Assembly: GCA_963804165.1 (NCBI GenBank)
Contig: CAWDPO010000031.1
Location: forward strand, 1-25,211
Source of the DNA: an uncultured delta proteobacterium
GTDB lineage: Bacteria > Desulfobacterota > Binatia > UBA9968
Direction: 5' to 3'
Length of the DNA: 25,211 bases
In this document: positions 19,494-25,211 of the stretch, one piece after another
How the letters are laid out: the number at the start of each line of letters is the position of its first letter
How positions within the stretch are numbered: the stretch's first letter is position 1
Position numbers and translations under genes: made by a program
Notes under the pieces: generated by a model
Told to the model about the DNA's origin: nothing
What the model saw: only the letters and a program-made list of their open reading frames with translations
Databases searched by the model: none

Positions 19494-20570
19494 TTGAGTC
19501 GTAATGAGTCGGTCGATGGTTTAAGAAAAAAAATCGATCAAATTGATGCAAAAATCGTTAACCTGCTAAACGATCGGGCTTCTCTGGCGCAAAGGATCGG
19601 CCAAACCAAGAGCCTAACTAGTCAAGAGGTTTACGTCCCCCATCGCGAGAAGGAAATCCTTCAACGGGTCTGCGCATCGAATCGCGGACCACTCTCCACT
19701 CGGGCCATCAGCGCGGTTTTTCGGGAAATCATTTCGGGTTGCCGTTCGCTTGAAGGGCCGTTGAGGGTCGCTTTCTTCGGTGCTGAGGCGACTTACACCC
19801 ATCTCGCGGCTCGGGAGAAATTCGGCTCCTCGCCGAACTCTACAATCGACGGCGAGCATCGCCGAAGTTTTTCAGGAAGTCGGCCAGGGAAGAGCGGCAT
19901 TCGGCGTGGTACCGATCGAAAACTCCACCGAAGGCGCAGTCGCGCATACGCTCGACTCACTGGTGGATTCCGATTTGCAAATTTGCGCGGAGATCTACCT
20001 GGATATTCATCACAATCTGCTGTCGCGCTCCGGCAAAGCGGCCGATGTGCAGCGAATCATTTCACATCCCCAAGCGTTGGCTCAGTGCCGTGGCTGGTTG
20101 GCGCGCGTTTCCCAGCGATTACGGTCGACGAGGTCGCGAGCACCGCGCATGCAGCGATGAAGGCGGCGAGCGATGGCTCGTTAGCGGCCATATCCAGCGC
20201 GATGGCAAAGGAAGTTTACGATCTGCAACTCGTCGCCAGCAATATCGAGGACCAGAGCAATAACATTACGAGGTTCGTGGTCATCGGGAAAATGCCGACG
20301 CGACCGAGCGGCGACGACAAAACCTCATTGGTATTTTCCGTGCAAGACAAACCGGGAGTGCTGCACCAGATGCTGCAACCTTTCGCGCGTCGCCGAATCA
20401 ATTTGAACAAGATCGAATCGCGGCCAATAAAGAACAAACCCTGGGAATATTTGTTTTTTCTCGATCTCCGCGGCCATCGGGAGCAGAGCGCGGTAAAAAA
20501 AGCGATCGCCGGGCTGGAGAAAAATTGTCTTAATCTAAAAATTTTGGGTTCTTATCCGAGCGGCAGATGA
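19494..20570 (+). CDS. pheA: Bifunctional chorismate mutase/prephenate dehydratase (P-protein); compensating indels near 19835 and 20105
   Basis: [15 protein letters not shown] (chorismate mutase); [10 protein letters not shown] and SHPQALAQC in the alternate frame 19780-20160; NITRF and KIESRP (ACT domain). Confidence 0.95.
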   Translation: MSRNESVDGLRKKIDQIDAKIVNLLNDRASLAQRIGQTKSLTSQEVYVPHREKEILQRVCASNRGPLSTRAISAVFREIISGCRSLEGPLRVAFFGAEATYTHLAAREKFGSSPNSTIDGEHRRSFSGSRPGKSGIRRGTDRKLHRRRSRAYARLTGGFRFANLRGDLPGYSSQSAVALRQSGRCAANHFTSPSVGSVPWLVGARFPAITVDEVASTAHAAMKAASDGSLAAISSAMAKEVYDLQLVASNIEDQSNNITRFVVIGKMPTRPSGDDKTSLVFSVQDKPGVLHQMLQPFARRRINLNKIESRPIKNKPWEYLFFLDLRGHREQSAVKKAIAGLEKNCLNLKILGSYPSGR

Positions 20571-21660
20571 AGATCGTCGAACAGGTGCCTGAATATATTC
20601 GCACCTTGATCCCCTACGAGCCGGGCAAGCCGATCGAAGAAGTGGAGCGCGAATACGGCATCGCCAACTCGATCAAGCTCGCGTCGAACGAAAATCCACT
20701 GGGCCCGTCGCCGAAGGCGGTGGCAGCGATCCGTCAGAAGTTGGATCAACTCAACCTTTATCCCGACGGGGATTGTTTTTACTTAAAACACGGTTGTCGA
20801 AAAAACTCGGTGTCGCGCCGGAGAATCTGATTTTCGGCAACGGCTCCAATGAAATCATCGAATTGGCCGTGCGCACGTTCATGCGTCCCGGCGACCAGGC
20901 GGTGATGGCGCGGCAGGCCTTCGTGGTTTATAACCTCATCGTCCAGGCAGTCGGTGGCAAGGCCAAGGCCGTTCCGTTGCGAGACTATACCCACGATTTA
21001 TCGGCCATCGGCGCCGCGGTCACGCCGCAGACCCGAGTCGTGTTTTGGCCAATCCAAACAATCCAACGGGAACGATTTTCCGCCGCGAAGAATGGGAACG
21101 CTTTCTCGACAAGGTATCGCGGGACGTGCTGCTGATCGTCGACGAGGCTTATTTCGAGTACGTTCAAGACGCCGGCTATCCGGACTCGCTTGCGTATCAC
21201 GCGGCGGATCGCGCGATTTTGACCTTGCGCACGTTTTCGAAATTGTACGGTTTAGCGGGCCTTCGCATCGGTTACGGTGTCGGCCCCAAGGAGATGATCG
21301 CTTTGATGCAGCGGGTGCGCCAGCCCTTCAATGTCAACGCACCCGCCCAGTGGGCGGCACTGGCGGCCCTGGATGACGCTGATCACGTGCGACGCAGCCT
21401 GGACGTGAACAGGCAAGGCATCGACTATTTGCGAAGGAGTTTGCCAGACTCGGTCTGGGGTTCGTGCCGACCTGGCCAATTTTATTTTGGTGCGCGTCGG
21501 CAAGGGACAAGAAGTATTTCAAGGATTGCTCAGCCAAGGTGTCATCGTTCGGCCCATGGGCGGTTATCAATTTCCCGAGCATGTACGGGTGACAGTTGGC
21601 ACAATGGTGGAAAATCGAAAGTTTATTTCGGCACTGAAAAAAGTCATCAAGAATTTTTAG
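20567..21660 (+). CDS. hisC: Histidinol-phosphate/aromatic aminotransferase; several indels
   Basis: [33 protein letters not shown] and [21 protein letters not shown] overlap with the pheA stop. Confidence 0.93.
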
Positions 21661-21683
21661 GCAACTGGTCAGCAGGGAACTAC

Positions 21684-22544
21684 ATGGCGTTGATGTTTCA
21701 AAAAATGGTGATGGCCGGTGTCGGCTTGATCTGCGGCTCGCTCGCCTTGGACATGCGCCGTCGCAAGCTGGTCAGCGAGATTGTCGGTTATGGCCGCAGC
21801 GAAAGCAATCTCAGGCTCGCCAAGAAAAACGGCATCATCGACAGTTATTTCCTACGCGAAGACGAGTTCCCAGCCAGCGTCGATTTCCTCATGATGGGAA
21901 CGCCGGTGGAAACCATCGTGCCGCTGACTCAAGCGTTTCTGCCTAAGCTCGAACCGGGTTGCATCGTCAGCGACGTGGGCAGCGTCAAGGCGAGATCGTT
22001 CGCGGCATGGAGCGGCTGTTGCCTGAAGACATACATTTTGTTGCCGGCCATCCGATCGCCGGCAGCGAACAATGGGGCGCCCAGGCGGCACGGCGCGATC
22101 TCTTCGTCCGCCATCGATGTATTCTGACTCCGACCAAGCGGACCGATACGCAGGCGTTAAAAAAAGTCGCCGCTCTATGGCGCAAAGCCGGAGCGGAAGT
22201 GGAAATCATGCATCCGAAGATTCACGATCGGGTGCTGGGAGTGATCAGCCATTTGCCCCACGTTTTGGTTTACGCTCTGGTCAACGCACTCAAGCGCACG
22301 CCGTTACGGGTGTAGAGTTAAAGGGGTACTGCGCCGGCGGCTTCAAAGACTTCACCCGGATCGCGTCGAGCCGCCCCGAGTTGTGGCGCGATATCTGTTT
22401 GATGAACCGCCACGCGCTGGGACGATCCCTGGGCGATTACATCAAGTATCTCGAGCGGCTCCGTCGGTGGATCGGGACGGCAAAGGCGCGTTGCTGGAAA
22501 AAGAGTTTGCCCACGCCTACGAGACAAGGAGTCAAATCCCGTAA
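21684..22544 (+). CDS. tyrA: Prephenate/arogenate dehydrogenase; several indels
   Basis: GVGLI Rossmann start, SDVGSVK, GHPIAGSE, HD...ISHLPH and GGFKDFTRIASS.PELWRDI. Confidence 0.92.
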
Positions 22545-22552
22545 CGGTCGAA

Positions 22553-23831
22553 ATGAAACGCATCGAACCCTTAAACAGCCGCTCCATGGAGAGATTACCG
22601 TGCCGGGCGACAAATCCATCGCGCATCGCGCAGTGATTCTCGGCAGCATCGCCAAAGGACGCAGCCGGATCTTTAATCTTTCCGGCGGCGAAGACAACTC
22701 GCGCACGGTGCGGGCGTTTCGCCAGATGGGCATAGAGATTTTTCGCGACGGCGACTCGCTATGCGTGGAGGGCAAGGGCTGGGACGGGCTCTGCGCGCCG
22801 GAAGCGCCGATCGATAGCGGTAATTCCGGCACGACGATGCGCTTGCTCTCGGGCCTTTTGGCGGGGCGACCATTTACAGTGAACTGGATGGCGATTCATC
22901 GCTGCGCCAGCGTCCGATGCAGCGGATCATCGACCCGTTGAGCAGATGGGAGCCGGATCAGCAGCAAAGCGGCGACGGTCTCGCGCCTTTGGAAATCGAC
23001 GGCGGCAATCTGCACGGAATAGATTACCGTATGCCGATCGCCAGCGCTCAGGTGAAATCGGCGATCTTGTTGGCGGCGTTGCAGGCCGCGGCGCGACCAC
23101 ATTGGCAGAGCCGCAAAAATCGCGCGATCACACCGAAGTGATGCTGCGCGGCTTCGGCGCTGAAGTCACGGTCCAAGGGGCAGCAGTGACCGTACGCGGC
23201 GGGCAGAATCTTTACGGCCAAGACGTGCGCATACCGGGAGATATTTCTTCGGCGGCGTTTTTTCTCGTCGCCGCGGCGATGATTCCCGGATCGGAGCTGA
23301 CGATCCGCAACGTCGGCTGCAATCCGACCCGCGACGGCGTCGTCGAAGTGTTGCGGCGCATGGGCGCAGCGCTTGAATGTTCAACGAACGCACTGAAGCC
23401 GGCGAGCGGGTCGCTGACATTCGCGTCGCCGGGGGAGCGTTGAGAGGCGTCGAGATCGGCGCGGAAATGGTCGCCCGGACGATCGACGAGTATCCGATTC
23501 TTTCGGTCGCCGCCGCGGTTGCCGATGGCGTGACGACCTTTTCGGACATCAAAGAGTTGCGTTATAAAGAGTCCGATCGGATCGCCGCCATGACGGCGGG
23601 ACTGCGCGGGCTCGGCATTGAAGTCGAAGAGCGCGAGGACGGCATGACCATCCGGGCGGGCGGCGTTTTCGCGGCGGCGAGGTCAGCAGTTTCGGTGATC
23701 ATCGCGTCGCGATGTCATTTGCTGTCGCGGCGTTAAGCGGCGCGGGCGCAGTCGTGATTGACGATGCGGCTTGTGTCGATATATCGTTCCCTAATTTCTT
23801 TGATTTAGTCGGGAAAATTTGTTTGCATTAG
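22553..23831 (+). CDS. aroA: 3-phosphoshikimate 1-carboxyvinyltransferase (class II EPSP synthase); several indels
   Basis: PGDKSIAHRA, GNSGTTMRL, ASAQVKSA, SRDHTE, PGDISSA, IDEYP, ELRYKESDRI and DHR. Confidence 0.95.
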
Positions 23832-23862
23832 AGCATGAGACAGGGGATAGTCGGCGCGATAA

Positions 23863-24540
<678 letters not shown>

Positions 24541-24556
24541 ATCGGAGTTGGTTTGC

Positions 24557-25211
24557 ATGGCAGAACAGGATGAACAAAAGCAGGGCGCAGCGGCAGGCGG
24601 CGCCAGCGAATTTGAAACGATGTTCGAGGAGACCTGCGTACCGTCAAGCCCGGCGGGGTCGTTAAAGGCAGGGTCGTCGGGGCTATGTCGATTGATGTAC
24701 TGATCGACGTCGGCTACAAATCCGAGGATAAATTCCCATCGAGGAATTCACCGACCGTCAGGGCAACGTCCAAGTCAAAGTGGGCGACGATGTCGACGTC
24801 TACTTCGACTCCTCCGATAGGGAGGGCGGCGGCATCGTGGTGTCGGGGCAACGGGCGGAAAATCTGAAAATATGGGAAGATCTGGAAAAAGCGTTTAACG
24901 AAGAGCTCGGAGTCGAAGGCCATATCATTGGCAAAGTCAAAGGTGGTTTTAAGGTCGATGTCCTTGCGCCGGTTTTTCTTTCCGGTTCCCACGTGGATAT
25001 TCGGCCGAGCCGCAAACCTCTACCGGTTTATCGGCACGACCGACCGCTTCGCCATCCTTAAGTTCAACCGTGCACGGGGCAACGTGGTGGTTTCGCGCCG
25101 TGCATTGTTAAAAAAGAACGGGAAACCCTCAAGAAGGATATTTTAAAAGTCCTCGAAGAAGCGCGATCCAAAGGAACGGTGAAAAACATTACCGGCTACG
25201 GCGCCTTCGTC
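24557..25211 (+). CDS. rpsA: 30S ribosomal protein S1, 5' part (runs off the window); several indels
   Basis: VLIDVGYKSE, KVKGGFKVD, SHVDIRP, ILKFNRARGNVVVSRRA and VKNITGYGAF; position after cmk. Confidence 0.92.

Noticed and set aside
21715-21740. TyrA Rossmann motif reading GVGLICGS instead of GxGLIGGS
   Set aside because: A single-base difference in an error-rich region cannot be trusted.
21045-22941. Apparent HisC-TyrA and TyrA-AroA fusion ORFs in the track
   Set aside because: The joining segments are out-of-frame translations. Proper stops (21660, 22544) and starts (21684, 22553) exist in other frames.

Overview
A 25.2 kb bacterial chromosomal window. Gene style (orphan NMT1/SsuA-like and family-5 substrate-binding proteins, LLM oxidoreductase, repeat-filled spacers) suggests a Binatia/Deltaproteobacteria-like organism, which is inference only. 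Left: ICMT-family methyltransferase, a YHS/HMBD CopA-type P1B-ATPase, an orphan YgiT-type zinc finger and an MFS transporter. An accessory patch follows, holding an IS200 tnpA relic, a 29-aa membrane peptide and a 71-aa hypothetical. Middle: a co-oriented catabolic run (2 substrate-binding proteins, LLM oxidoreductase, hydantoinase/oxoprolinase A+B, SDR). It is interrupted by a 1,097-bp IS with 27-bp terminal inverted repeats and an 8-bp target duplication, inserted inside a 7-mer palindromic repeat. Next come a COG0523/CobW GTPase with an extra Cys-containing C-terminal domain, a second SDR, an O-methyltransferase with a Fur-like box, and an RluA-family gene. Right: the conserved pheA-hisC-tyrA-aroA-cmk-rpsA operon. 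Many genes, including rpsA, carry small indels, most likely long-read consensus errors. Six of the intergenic gaps between 6.5 and 17.8 kb hold palindromic repeats from at least five different families. All calls come from reading the sequence; no database searches were run.
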